Origin: Spirochaetota bacterium
GTDB lineage: Bacteria > Spirochaetota > Spirochaetia > Treponematales > UBA12059
Direction: 5' to 3'
NCBI GenBank assembly: GCA_018816345.1
Contig: JAHIWG010000166.1
Location: 1-64,000 of the forward strand
DNA length: 64,000 nt
The notes under the pieces were generated by a model. That model worked only from the letters and a program-made list of their open reading frames with translations, made no database searches and had not been told where the DNA came from. This document shows, piece after piece, positions 1 to 11,272 of the stretch. Numbering within the stretch: the first letter of the stretch is position 1; each line of letters begins with the position of its first letter. The translations under genes were made by a program, and so were the position numbers.

Positions 1-1380
1 GAACCCGCTCCCCAGGGGCGAGCTCAGGACGGCCGCCGACAGGGACGCGCCGAAGGAATAGCCGCTCACGTTGACGGCGGCCCCGAGCCCGACCCGCGCC
101 GACAGCCCCTCTTCCCAGTACGCCCCGATGTGGGGCATGGCGACCGCGTTGAAGAACGGCGTGCCGAAGCCCATGGCCGCGCCGAGACGGGCATAGGCGG
201 GGTTGCCGGCGGAGGCGTCGGAGACGCGGCCTTCGGCGAGGGCCGCGAGCCCGAACGCGCCGGAGAACGGCGCCGAGACGCGCGCGCCCAGCCTGCCCGC
301 TGCCCGGGCTTCGCCGAGCAGCTCGAAGCCCAGGCCGGCGTCGACGCCCGAGGCTAGCGCGCCGGCCGCCGAGACGGAGAAGCCCCCCGCCGCGGCGGCG
401 CCCGAGACGGTTCCCCTCGCGTAGCCTGAAGCCTCGACCCTGAGGCTATCCAGCGCCGGCTTGAAGGCCTCGGGGGCGTACGCGGAGCCCAGCATGGCGC
501 CGTAGGCGCCCGTGGGCGTCGATATGAGCGCAGAATCCACGACGAGAGTCGACGAGAACGCGTACGACTCTCTCTTGGCTTCGACGCCCTCCGCCGGCTT
601 GACCGTGATCTCCATGGCGTACTCGCCGTCCGGGACGGGCTCGCCGTCGTCAGACCGGCCGTTCCACGTATACGCTTGGTCCCAGTCGGTAAAGGGGCCG
701 AGGGCGGCGCGCCTTACCGGCCGGCCGTCGGGCCCGGTCACTAGGATCTCCGCGCTACCCTCGGCGCTCACGGAGAAAGCGGCCCTCGCGAGCCCTTTGA
801 GCCCCGCGTTCCGGGGGTTGAAGCGCCTCGCGGATACTGAGAAATCCTTCGCCTCGAACGGCGCCTTCTGGAGCGTGGCCGAGATCGACGCGTAGAGGCG
901 CTCCGGGACGAATACCGAGAACGACTGCTCGACGTAGCCGAACGCCTCCACCTTCACGGTCTGCTGGCCCGCCCTCACCTCTATGACGCCCTGGGCGTGC
1001 GAGGCGCCGTCCACGACGACGCGCGCCGAGGGCGGGTCTACGCGTACGTCGAGGAAGCCCGTCTTGAGTTCCAGCGAGGCGCTTACGGTCGTCTTGGTAT
1101 CGGCCGCGAGGCTTATGGTCATGATCGAGTCGTAGTACCCGTCCGCGCGGACGACGAGGAGGTGGGATCCCGGCTTGAGGCCGGTCAGGTCGACGGGAAC
1201 GGAGCCCCTGGCCTGGTAATCGAGCCATACCGCGGCTCCCCGCACGTCGCACCGTACCGATAGCGACGACTGGCCCCCGAGCGAGGCCTGCTCGACGGTG
1301 ATGGTCGGCGTCGACGTCCAGGGCGAGCAGAACGCGTACGAGGCGGCGAGTACGAAGGCGGCGAGGAATATCCGTTTCAT
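1..1380 (-). CDS. Secreted PEGA-domain protein (partial, C-terminus beyond window edge); absent from ORF track because no stop lies in the window
   Basis: Reverse-complement frame starting ATG at 1380 (MKRIFLAAFVLAASYAFC... signal peptide) is open for all 1380 nt. Contains PEGA-like motif (VDPPSARVVVDG) and Ig-like segment (EYAMEITVKP). The listed 755..1252(-) and 512..895(+) ORFs are out of frame with it. Confidence 0.55.
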   Translation of the reverse strand, partial: MKRIFLAAFVLAASYAFCSPWTSTPTITVEQASLGGQSSLSVRCDVRGAAVWLDYQARGSVPVDLTGLKPGSHLLVVRADGYYDSIMTISLAADTKTTVSASLELKTGFLDVRVDPPSARVVVDGASHAQGVIEVRAGQQTVKVEAFGYVEQSFSVFVPERLYASISATLQKAPFEAKDFSVSARRFNPRNAGLKGLARAAFSVSAEGSAEILVTGPDGRPVRRAALGPFTDWDQAYTWNGRSDDGEPVPDGEYAMEITVKPAEGVEAKRESYAFSSTLVVDSALISTPTGAYGAMLGSAYAPEAFKPALDSLRVEASGYARGTVSGAAAAGGFSVSAAGALASGVDAGLGFELLGEARAAGRLGARVSAPFSGAFGLAALAEGRVSDASAGNPAYARLGAAMGFGTPFFNAVAMPHIGAYWEEGLSARVGLGAAVNVSGYSFGASLSAAVLSSPLGSGF

Positions 1381-1493
1381 GCCCCTACTGTAGCGCGAAC
1401 CGGCCGGGCCTACAAGCGCGGCGAATCCGAGCTTGTAGGCCGGCGGATATGGCCCTACAATGGATGCTATTCATTGGAACGAAGGAGGCCGCA

Positions 1494-2492
1494 GTGGGCG
1501 TACTGATCCCGATAGGTTCCGGCAAGGGCGGAGTCGGAAAGACGGTATTCACGGCCAATCTGGGCGCCGTGCTGGCCTCGTACGGCAAGACAGTCGTGCT
1601 CGTCGACCTCGACCTGGGAGGCGCCAACCTCCATACCTGCCTCGGCGTCAGGAATAAGCACCCCGGCGTGGGCTCGATTGTCTGGAAGAAGGAAAAGCGC
1701 CTGGAGAACCTCGTCGTGCCCACGGGCATAGACAGGCTCTTCCTCGTCCCGGGGGACAACCTCCTGCCGGGCACCGCCAACCTCGACTTCTTCACCAAGC
1801 GGCGCATCATGAAGGAGCTCCTCGAGCTGACGGCCGACTACGTGCTCCTGGACCTCGGGGCCGGCGCGTCCTATAACGTCATCGACTTCTGGCTCATGGC
1901 GCCGGACAGCGTAGTGGTCACAGCGCCGGAGATCCCCGCGGTGCTAAACGCGTATTCGTTCCTGAAGACGGCGGCCTTCAGGCTGCTGTTCCGCTCCTTC
2001 GGCAAGGGCAGCGCCGAGCGCGAGCGAATAGTCGAGTTCGTGGTCAACAGGACGGAGGGGCAGGGCGACACCTTCCTCGCCTTCGCCGAGGGCCTGGCCA
2101 GGGAGGACGCCGAGAGGGGCGGGACCAAGGGCGCCAAGGCCCTCGAGGAGCTCGGGAGGCTCAGGCCGCGAGTGGTCGTCAACATGGGCAACGGCCAGGA
2201 CGACGCGACCATAGCGCAGCGCCTCCGCGAGATATCGGCGAGGAACCTGGGCATCGGCATGGAGTACATCTCGTACATCATGCGCGATCCCTACGTGTCG
2301 GCCTCCGTCTCGGATAGGGCGCCGCTCGCCGTTACGGCCCCCGAAGCGTCTTTCGTCCGAGGCGTCAGGGCGGCGGCGGATAGGATCGCGCGGGCGCCTA
2401 GCGCCCCGGCCCCCGGGCTGGAGCTCGACGACGAGGACCTGTTCTCCATGATAGAGAAGGCCTTCGACGAGGACGGTAGCCCGACTCTGTAG
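1494..2492 (+). CDS. ParA/MinD-family P-loop ATPase with C-terminal extension
   Basis: Deviant Walker A GSGKGGVGKT. GGAG RBS then GTG at 1494 (alternative ATG at 1449). No FlhG-type N-terminal activator motif seen. Confidence 0.8.
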   Translation: MGVLIPIGSGKGGVGKTVFTANLGAVLASYGKTVVLVDLDLGGANLHTCLGVRNKHPGVGSIVWKKEKRLENLVVPTGIDRLFLVPGDNLLPGTANLDFFTKRRIMKELLELTADYVLLDLGAGASYNVIDFWLMAPDSVVVTAPEIPAVLNAYSFLKTAAFRLLFRSFGKGSAERERIVEFVVNRTEGQGDTFLAFAEGLAREDAERGGTKGAKALEELGRLRPRVVVNMGNGQDDATIAQRLREISARNLGIGMEYISYIMRDPYVSASVSDRAPLAVTAPEASFVRGVRAAADRIARAPSAPAPGLELDDEDLFSMIEKAFDEDGSPTL

Positions 2493-2515
2493 CCGGCCCC
2501 CGTTTCCGGGGCGTA

Positions 2516-3877
2516 TTGCCCCGTGGGCCGCGCGTCGGTATCATCGGCGGCATGAAAGAACGTCATCGCCTCGCCGTTCCGAGGGCGTCGGCCCGGGTAT
2601 CTTCGGCCCGGGCGTCCCCGATCGTCCGCGCCTCGCTAGCGATCCTGGTCTCCGCGGCCTCCTGCGCCCGCGGCGCCCCATCGACGCCCGAGCCGCTCCC
2701 TATGCCCGTCGAGTCGCCGCTCAAGGCCCGCGCCCGCGGGCTAGTCGCCATGATGAGCGACGAGGAGCTCGTCGGCCAGGTGATGATGATAGACGCGGAA
2801 GGCTCCGCTAGCCTGTCCGAGGCGAGCCGGGCCGTCCTCGAGACGGTCCGGCCGGGCGCCGTGCTCCTGTTCGGGTATAACGTGGCGGCCGGCCCGGCGT
2901 CGACGGCGTCCCTGACGAAGAGCATACGGTCGGCGGCCGGATCCGGCGGGCTCCCGCCTTTCATCGCTATCGACCACGAGGGCGGGTCGGTGTATCGCTT
3001 CAAGGGCGGCTTGACGAGATTGCCGTCCGCCAAGGCGCTGGGGCTGGCCGGGCCGCGCGCCGCAAGGGCGGCGGGGCGGGCGGCGGGCTCCGAGCTACGC
3101 GCCCTCGGCATCGCCATGAACCTGGCCCCCGTGGTCGAGGCCCTGAGCGACGACAACGCGTCGTTCCTCGCCGATAGGGCCTGGTCCGAGGATCCCTCCG
3201 TCTCCGGCCGGCTAGCCGCGGGCTTCATCGAGGCCTGCCAGGACGGCGGGACGGCCGCCGTCGCCAAGCATTTCCCCGGGAACGCCGCTACCGACCCGCA
3301 CCTGGGCCTGCCCGTTATACGGGCTTCCCTCGAGGCCGTCGAGGCCTCCCTGCTGCCGCCCTTCAGGATCGCCGCCCGAGCGGGAGTCTCGGCTATCATG
3401 CTGTCGCACGCGGTGGTCGTCGCGCTGGATCCCGACCTCCCCGCCAGCCTCTCACCGCGCGTCGTCTCCGCGCTCAAGGACGGGCTCGGCTTCGACGGCA
3501 TCGTGATGACCGACGACCTGAGCATGAGGGCCTTGTCCGCCTACGGGGGGCTAGGGGCCGTCGGGCCCGCGGCCCTCGCCGCCGGCGCCGACCTGGTCAT
3601 GGTCTCCGGCGGCCGCGACGCGCTGGCTATCAGGGAGGCCCTGCTCGAGGCGCTCGGACACGGCGCGCTCTCCCGCGAGAGGCTCCGGGACGCCGCTTCG
3701 CGCGTAGTCGAGCAGAAACTGCGCTTCGGCCTCGATTCGGAGACCGACGACGAGCGGGCGGCGCGCTTCGACGCCTTGGCCGGCACCGTGGCCGCCGGTA
3801 CGGCGGCCCTGAAGGAGGCGCGGGAGTCGGCGCGGGAGTCGGCGCGGGGCGGCCCCCGCGACCGACTCGATCCATAG
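2516..3877 (+). CDS. Glycoside hydrolase family 3 beta-N-acetylhexosaminidase-like, predicted secreted
   Basis: AKHFPGN motif and overall GH3 N-terminal domain layout. Hydrophobic signal segment after alternative start at 2552. Confidence 0.75.
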   Translation: MPRGPRVGIIGGMKERHRLAVPRASARVSSARASPIVRASLAILVSAASCARGAPSTPEPLPMPVESPLKARARGLVAMMSDEELVGQVMMIDAEGSASLSEASRAVLETVRPGAVLLFGYNVAAGPASTASLTKSIRSAAGSGGLPPFIAIDHEGGSVYRFKGGLTRLPSAKALGLAGPRAARAAGRAAGSELRALGIAMNLAPVVEALSDDNASFLADRAWSEDPSVSGRLAAGFIEACQDGGTAAVAKHFPGNAATDPHLGLPVIRASLEAVEASLLPPFRIAARAGVSAIMLSHAVVVALDPDLPASLSPRVVSALKDGLGFDGIVMTDDLSMRALSAYGGLGAVGPAALAAGADLVMVSGGRDALAIREALLEALGHGALSRERLRDAASRVVEQKLRFGLDSETDDERAARFDALAGTVAAGTAALKEARESARESARGGPRDRLDP

Positions 3878-3937
3878 GCCGATTTTAGCCGCAAAGATAC
3901 TGTAAGCTGCCGAGACGTACGCGCCGATCCTATTAAG

Positions 3938-5155
3938 GTGAGACCGAAAGGCGTTTTTACACTGGCGTTAGCCGTTCTTTCCTCCGTCCTGGCGGCCGCG
4001 CCGGCCGTCGCGCTCGATCTGGCCATAACGTCGTCGGACTTGCGCATCGAGCAGCGGAGCGACGGCGGATACCACCTTTTCATACGGGCCAAGGCCGGGC
4101 TCGGCAGCGTCCTGCTCGTGGAGACGACGAAGGATCCGAGCGGCGCCGCCGATAACTACTCGTATAGGGCCGAGGTATGGAACCCGGTCAACGGCGACGA
4201 GAAGCGCATGCTGAACGGCGCCTTCATAGACCCTAAGAGCGGGCTATGGTCGCTCATAGACTCTACCCCGGAGCCGGACGCGCAGTTCGGTTCCGCGTTC
4301 CACGTGTTCATTCCCTGGGTCGTCTCGTACGGCTACTCCTGGTCGAGGAACGGCAGGGAGTTCATAGCCGACGGGACCTTCATCAACGTCCGCGCCTTCG
4401 CGAAGCCTTACGCCGACTATTCCGGAGGCTTCCTCGATAATCCATACCGCGTCTCGGTGACGCAGAAACCATTCCCGAGGCCTGAGCCTAAGGTCCTGCC
4501 GGTCGTGGAGCCGCCGCGGGCCATGCTCGAGCCCGAGCCCGAGCCCGAGCCCGAACCCGAGCCCGAGCCCGAGCCCGACACGTCGATCTACATGCCTGAG
4601 ACGCTGCGCTCGTTCGAATCCATCGCCGCCGCCGGCAATGGCACGGTGTCGTACTCCCTGGGCGAGGCCGACATCGTGCCTACCCTCGCAAAGATCCTCG
4701 ACGGCATAGAGGGAGAGACGCTCGACCTGGTCATATGCCTCGATACGACCGACTCGATGGCCGACGACATCGACGCCGTCAAGCTGAGCCTTCCCGCCAT
4801 GGTCAAGGAGAAGACGGCCCGCTTCGCGTCGTTCCGGCTGGGGCTCGTCCTGTATAAGGATTATTTCGAGGATTACGTCGTCAAGCGGATCGAGTTCACG
4901 CGGGACGTCGCCGCCTTCACCCAGGCCGTGACGAGGATTCGCGTAGCTGGCGGGCGCGATATTCCGGAGGCCGTGTACGAGGCCCTGTACGAGGCCCTCA
5001 CCGGCTACGCCTGGGCCGCCGACTCGCGCCTCGTCGTCCTGATAGGCGACGCCCCGGCTCATCCGCTGCCCCGCGGCAAGATAGACAAGGCGATGGTGGA
5101 CAGGAAATCGTCGGAGCTAGGCGTCTCGATAGACGTGATAGTGCTCCCGCACTGA
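3938..5155 (+). CDS. Secreted von Willebrand factor A (vWA) domain protein with (EP)n linker
   Basis: Signal peptide. N-terminal unknown domain, then EPEPEPEPEPEPEP linker encoded by a (GAGCCC)8 repeat. C-terminal vWA-like fold with MIDAS-like LVICLDTTDSM ... GGRDIPEAV ... LIGDAPAH. Confidence 0.7.
   Translation: MRPKGVFTLALAVLSSVLAAAPAVALDLAITSSDLRIEQRSDGGYHLFIRAKAGLGSVLLVETTKDPSGAADNYSYRAEVWNPVNGDEKRMLNGAFIDPKSGLWSLIDSTPEPDAQFGSAFHVFIPWVVSYGYSWSRNGREFIADGTFINVRAFAKPYADYSGGFLDNPYRVSVTQKPFPRPEPKVLPVVEPPRAMLEPEPEPEPEPEPEPEPDTSIYMPETLRSFESIAAAGNGTVSYSLGEADIVPTLAKILDGIEGETLDLVICLDTTDSMADDIDAVKLSLPAMVKEKTARFASFRLGLVLYKDYFEDYVVKRIEFTRDVAAFTQAVTRIRVAGGRDIPEAVYEALYEALTGYAWAADSRLVVLIGDAPAHPLPRGKIDKAMVDRKSSELGVSIDVIVLPH
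4529..4576 (+). repeat. (GAGCCC)8 in-frame hexanucleotide tandem repeat encoding the (EP)n linker
   Basis: Direct reading of the sequence inside the vWA gene; one unit is GAACCC. Confidence 0.8.
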
Positions 5156-5243
5156 CGCGCCGCCAGGCCGGGACGTTTTTTTGTTTACACCCCGGGTCGC
5201 TCCGTATTACAATCGCCCAGCACCAGGATCGGAGTCAGTCAGG

Positions 5244-6206
5244 ATGGAACGAGGACGAAAAGAATCGCGCGGCATCGATATCATCGAGAAGGTAGCCACG
5301 AAGAAAGTGCTCGCCTTGTCGATAGCGACGCTCGCCTTCGGCTTCTCGTTCCTCTCCTCGGGCATCCCCGCCGGGGAGGTCCCGAGGGAGGAGTCCGTGG
5401 GAGCGGCCGACCTGGCCGACGCCCAGGATCCGGGGGCCGACCCGAGCCTATTAGGCGACCTGGAGCCTCCTCCTCCGGATCAGGGACTATTCTACGTGGT
5501 CTACCGGGTGGTCAAGGGCGATACTATATCCGAGATAGCGGATCGCTACGGAGTGACGACCGACTCCGTCGTCACCTTTAACGGCATCGTCAACGCGCGG
5601 GCCCTGTCCATCGGCAAGTACCTGAAGATACCCACCCTAAACGGCATACTCTATACTTCCAAGGAAGGCGATACCGCCGCCGCGCTGGCCGCGAGCTACG
5701 GCATCTCCGCGGATCGCATACGCGAGCTCAACGGGATAGGCGAGGAGCCGGTGGAGAAAGGCTCGAGGCTATTCCTGCCCGACGCGCGCCTGTCGAGCTG
5801 GGCCCTGCGCGAGATATCCGGGGACCTCTTCTCCTGGCCGATCCGAGGCTGGATAACGAGCTGGTACGGATGGCGGGACGATCCCTTCTCCGGCGACAGG
5901 AGCTTCCATACCGGTATCGATATAGGCTCTTCGCGGGGAAGGCCCGTCCACGCCGCCATGGAGGGCGTCGTCGCCGCGACCGGATACTCGGCGACGTCGG
6001 GAAACTACGTGTCCATACGCCATCATTCCGGCTACAGCACCCTCTACGCCCACCTGGACAGGATAGACGTCAAGGCCGGCCGGAGCGTGACCCAGTCCAC
6101 CGTAATAGGCGCCGTCGGGAGCACGGGGTACAGCAACGGGCCCCACCTCCACTTCACGGTGAGCAAGAACGGCCGTACCATGAACCCGATGACGGTCCTG
6201 CGCTAG
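5244..6206 (+). CDS. LysM-domain M23 family metallopeptidase (peptidoglycan endopeptidase)
   Basis: Two LysM-like segments (YVVYRVVKGDTISEIADRYG; YTSKEGDTAAALAASYGI) and M23 motifs HTGIDIG...GYSNGPHLHF. ATG at 5244 (MERGRK...) sits downstream of promoter-like TTTACA-18-TACAAT at about 5188-5217. Confidence 0.8.
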   Translation: MERGRKESRGIDIIEKVATKKVLALSIATLAFGFSFLSSGIPAGEVPREESVGAADLADAQDPGADPSLLGDLEPPPPDQGLFYVVYRVVKGDTISEIADRYGVTTDSVVTFNGIVNARALSIGKYLKIPTLNGILYTSKEGDTAAALAASYGISADRIRELNGIGEEPVEKGSRLFLPDARLSSWALREISGDLFSWPIRGWITSWYGWRDDPFSGDRSFHTGIDIGSSRGRPVHAAMEGVVAATGYSATSGNYVSIRHHSGYSTLYAHLDRIDVKAGRSVTQSTVIGAVGSTGYSNGPHLHFTVSKNGRTMNPMTVLR

Positions 6207-6266
6207 CCTCCGCGCCGGCCGCAATCGTTTGACAGCGCCAACCTTTTGGACTACCATGCGGTGACG

Positions 6267-8006
<1,740 letters not shown>

Positions 8007-8024
8007 CCCAAGGGCGGCGTTCCG

Positions 8025-9431
8025 GTGTATCCTTCGCAACTCATGAACGAAGAAACGAATATCGACCAGCCTCGGACTAAATGGCGAGGCCTTCCGACCA
8101 TCGCCATCGCCGGGCGGCCGAACGTGGGCAAGTCCACGCTTTTCAATAGGCTCCTCCATTCCCGCCGCGCCATCGTCGACCCGACCCCCGGCGTCACGCG
8201 CGATCCGATAGAAGGCCAGTGGACGCCGGACGGCGCCGACATGCCCGTCATGCTCGTCGATACGGGCGGGCTCAAGCTCGAGCGCGACGACATGGACGAC
8301 CGCGTCGCCAAGAAGAGCTGGGAGCGCATAGCCTCCGCCGACCTGGTGCTGTTCCTCTTGGACGCCGTCGATATCACCCCCGAGGACGAGGAATTCGCCG
8401 CGATGCTCAGGCGCTACGCGGGCAAGACGATAGTGGTCGTGAACAAGGCGGACAGCCCGGAGCGCGACGCCAGGGCCTGGGCCCACGCCTCGTGGGGCTA
8501 TAAGGACATGGTATTCGTCTCCGCGGAGCACGGCCGCAATATCGACGAGCTGGAGGCGCTCATAGTCTCGCGCCTCGACTGGTCCAAGACGGAGCCTGAG
8601 ATAGACGAGCACGAGGACGTCCGCGTCGCCATAATGGGCAAGCCAAACGTGGGCAAGTCTACGCTCCTCAATAGGCTCCTCGGGACGGAGCGCTCCATCG
8701 TGAGCGACATGCCGGGCACGACGCGGGACGTCGTCGAGGGGCGCTTCGAGTGGAAGGGCCGGGCGTTCACCGTCCTGGACACCGCGGGCATGAGGCGTAA
8801 AGCGAAGGTGACTGAATCCGTCGAGTACTACTCGGTGAACCGGGCCGTCAAGACGCTGGATCGCGCCGACGTCGTCGTGCTGATGATAGACGCGGTAGAG
8901 GGCCTCTCCGACCAGGACAAGAAGATAGTGAAGCTCGCTACGGACAAGGGGAGGGCGGTCGTATTCGCCCTCAATAAATGGGATCAGATGCCCAAGATAA
9001 AGAACTCGTTCGAGGCCTCCAAGGACAAGCTCCAGTATTTCTTCGCCCAGATGGCCTACGCGCCCGTCCTGCCGCTCTCCGCTAAGGAAGGCGAGGGCGT
9101 GGACAAGCTCCTCAAGACTATCGTCGACCTGTTCGACCAGCTCAACACCAGGATAGAGACCTCCAGGCTCAATAAGGCGGTTCACGACTGGATAGAGAGC
9201 TCTCCGCCTCCCGCGAGCCCGAGGGCCCGCTTCAAGCTGCGCTACGCCGTGCAGACGGGCGTCAATCCCGTCTCGTTCGCCGTGTTCGCCACGAGGCCGG
9301 AGCTGGTCGGCGAATCGTACCGCTCGTACCTTAAGAACAAGATACGCGCCGACCTCGGCTTCAAGAACGTGCCCGTGGAGCTGGAGCTCCGCGCGTCGCG
9401 GAAGCGCTTCGAGGACCTGGAAAAGAGCTAG
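8025..9431 (+). CDS. der: Ribosome-biogenesis GTPase Der (EngA)
   Basis: Two tandem G domains (GRPNVGKSTLFNRL; GKPNVGKSTLLNRL, DTAG) plus C-terminal KH-like domain. Confidence 0.9.
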   Translation: MYPSQLMNEETNIDQPRTKWRGLPTIAIAGRPNVGKSTLFNRLLHSRRAIVDPTPGVTRDPIEGQWTPDGADMPVMLVDTGGLKLERDDMDDRVAKKSWERIASADLVLFLLDAVDITPEDEEFAAMLRRYAGKTIVVVNKADSPERDARAWAHASWGYKDMVFVSAEHGRNIDELEALIVSRLDWSKTEPEIDEHEDVRVAIMGKPNVGKSTLLNRLLGTERSIVSDMPGTTRDVVEGRFEWKGRAFTVLDTAGMRRKAKVTESVEYYSVNRAVKTLDRADVVVLMIDAVEGLSDQDKKIVKLATDKGRAVVFALNKWDQMPKIKNSFEASKDKLQYFFAQMAYAPVLPLSAKEGEGVDKLLKTIVDLFDQLNTRIETSRLNKAVHDWIESSPPPASPRARFKLRYAVQTGVNPVSFAVFATRPELVGESYRSYLKNKIRADLGFKNVPVELELRASRKRFEDLEKS

Positions 9432-9434
9432 CCG

Positions 9435-9842
9435 GTGGGCGGACCGTATCGTACCGGCGACGTGGAACGCCTCCTCGGGCTGGGAGAGCACGTGCTCCGC
9501 TACTGGGAACGGGAGCTGCCCATACTGTCGCCTTCGCGCTCGCCGTTCGGGCGGCGCGAATGGTCGGCGTCCGACATATCGCTCCTCCTGCGCGTCCGCC
9601 ACCTGGTCAAGGATAGGGGGCTAGGGCTGTCGGCGACCATGGATCGACTGATAGCCGAGCGCTCCGGCTCGGGCGCGGACGCCGCCGCCTCGCTATCGGA
9701 GGTCCGAGCCGCCCTCGTATCGGCCTACTTCGAATCCCGCGCTATCGCCGATAGCCTATGCCATCGGATCGAGCCGCGTAGAATCGCGGCCCATAACGCC
9801 ATAACCAAGACGGAGGTTCCCCTTGCCGGCTCAGAACGCTAG
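9435..9842 (+). CDS. MerR-family-like HTH protein
   Basis: N-terminal YRTGDVERLLGLGEHVLRYWERE resembles the MerR HTH. Overlaps the next gene by 20 nt. Confidence 0.45.
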   Translation: MGGPYRTGDVERLLGLGEHVLRYWERELPILSPSRSPFGRREWSASDISLLLRVRHLVKDRGLGLSATMDRLIAERSGSGADAAASLSEVRAALVSAYFESRAIADSLCHRIEPRRIAAHNAITKTEVPLAGSER

Positions 9843-11154
9843 ATCGCTGTGCGAATACATCGACGCCTCGCCTACGCCCTTCCACGCCATCGACTCGTCC
9901 ATAGCCGCGCTCGACGCCTGCGGCGCGTCGAGGCTAGACGAGCGCGAGGCGTGGAGCCTGGAACCGGGCAAGCCGTACTACGTCGCGCGCGACGGCGCGT
10001 CGCTCGTCGCCTTCAGGCTGGGCCGGGCCGCGCCCTCCGAGTCGGGGTTCTCCATCGCCGGAGCGCACGTCGACGCCCCCGGGCTTAGGGCGAGGATGGA
10101 GAAATCGGTCGCCGCGAGGGGCTTCTCCAGGGTCGCGGTCGAGGCCTACGGCGGCCCCATCCACTCGACCTGGCTCGACCGGCCCCTATCGCTAGCGGGC
10201 CGAGTCGCCCTGAGGGCGCCGGGAGGGACCGTCGAGCGGAGGCTCGTGAACTTCGCGCGCCCCGTGGCCGTCATACCTAACCTGGCCATCCATTTCAACC
10301 GCGAGATGAACAAGGGCGTGGAATACGCCATGAACGTTTCCCTCCTGCCCATCGTGGCGGCCGCGGGAAGCCAGCCTTCCGCGACGTCGCCGGCAGCGCC
10401 GGCCCCCTCCTGGCTGGCGCGCGCCGTCGCCGCCGAGCTGGGCATGGAACCGGATTCGATACTGTCCGCGGAGCTGACCTTCGTCGACGCCGCGCCCTCT
10501 ATTACGATGGGCGCGGACTCCGAGATGCTATCGGCGCCCCGTATAGACAACCTCGAGGGCTGCCACGCCGTGCTCTCGGCGTTCGCGTCCGCGGGGGCGG
10601 GAAGCCACGGCCAGGTCGCGGCCCTGTTCGATAACGAGGAGGTCGGGTCCGCCACGGCGCGGGGAGCGGACTCGTCCTTCCTGCGCGACGTGCTCGCCAG
10701 GGTCGTCTCGCTGACCGACGCCCCCGGCCCCGAGGCCCTCCATAGGGCGCTCGCCCGCTCGTTCAGCGCGTCGGTGGACGGCGCCCAGGGCTGGCATCCG
10801 TCCTACGCGGATAAATTCGACGAGGACTTCGCGCCCGTCCTGAACGGAGGCCCCGCGGTCAAGGCCAACGCCAACGTCCGTTACGCCACGGACGCCGTAG
10901 GGGAGGCCGTCTTCAGGAGCCTCTGCGAGTCCGAGGGCGTACCCTGCCAGCGCTTCAGGATGCGCGCCGACCTCGCTCCCGGGACGACCATAGGGCCCAT
11001 CAGCTCGGCGCTCCTCGGGGTCCGAACCGTCGACGTGGGCGTGCCCATGCTCGCGATGCATTCCGCCAGGGAGACCGCCGGCTCCTACGACCACGATCAC
11101 ATGATCCGGGCGCTCTCCGCCTTCTACGCGGCAGGGCCGTCGGTAGTCGGCTGA
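9823..11154 (+). CDS. apeB: M18-family aminopeptidase (aspartyl aminopeptidase-like)
   Basis: About 440 aa. Zinc-ligand region FDNEEVGS and overall M18/M42 architecture. Confidence 0.75.
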   Translation: MPAQNARSLCEYIDASPTPFHAIDSSIAALDACGASRLDEREAWSLEPGKPYYVARDGASLVAFRLGRAAPSESGFSIAGAHVDAPGLRARMEKSVAARGFSRVAVEAYGGPIHSTWLDRPLSLAGRVALRAPGGTVERRLVNFARPVAVIPNLAIHFNREMNKGVEYAMNVSLLPIVAAAGSQPSATSPAAPAPSWLARAVAAELGMEPDSILSAELTFVDAAPSITMGADSEMLSAPRIDNLEGCHAVLSAFASAGAGSHGQVAALFDNEEVGSATARGADSSFLRDVLARVVSLTDAPGPEALHRALARSFSASVDGAQGWHPSYADKFDEDFAPVLNGGPAVKANANVRYATDAVGEAVFRSLCESEGVPCQRFRMRADLAPGTTIGPISSALLGVRTVDVGVPMLAMHSARETAGSYDHDHMIRALSAFYAAGPSVVG

Positions 11155-11170
11155 CGACGAGCGTCCGCGA

Positions 11171-11212
11171 ATAAAAAACACGGGCCGATCCGTTAGGGTC
11201 GGCCCGTGTTCT
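11171..11212 (-). terminator. Rho-independent terminator (strong on minus strand, possibly bidirectional)
   Basis: Perfect 11-bp stem ACACGGGCCGA/TCGGCCCGTGT (11178-11188 / 11199-11209) with A-run on the plus strand (U-run on the minus strand) at 11172-11177. Lies between convergent genes. Confidence 0.55.
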
Positions 11213-11272
11213 ATAACCAGGGAGCGACGGCGGAGCCGCGCCCGGGCGGCGCGGCTCGATACCAGGCCTCGG

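Noticed and set aside
1494-2492. Flagellar number regulator FlhG
   Set aside because: MinD/ParA fold is clear, but no N-terminal activator helix motif and no flagellar genes nearby. Called generically.
9715-9740. tRNA-like TTCGAATCC T-loop motif
   Set aside because: No preceding GG or acceptor/anticodon arms. It lies inside a coding frame, so a chance match.
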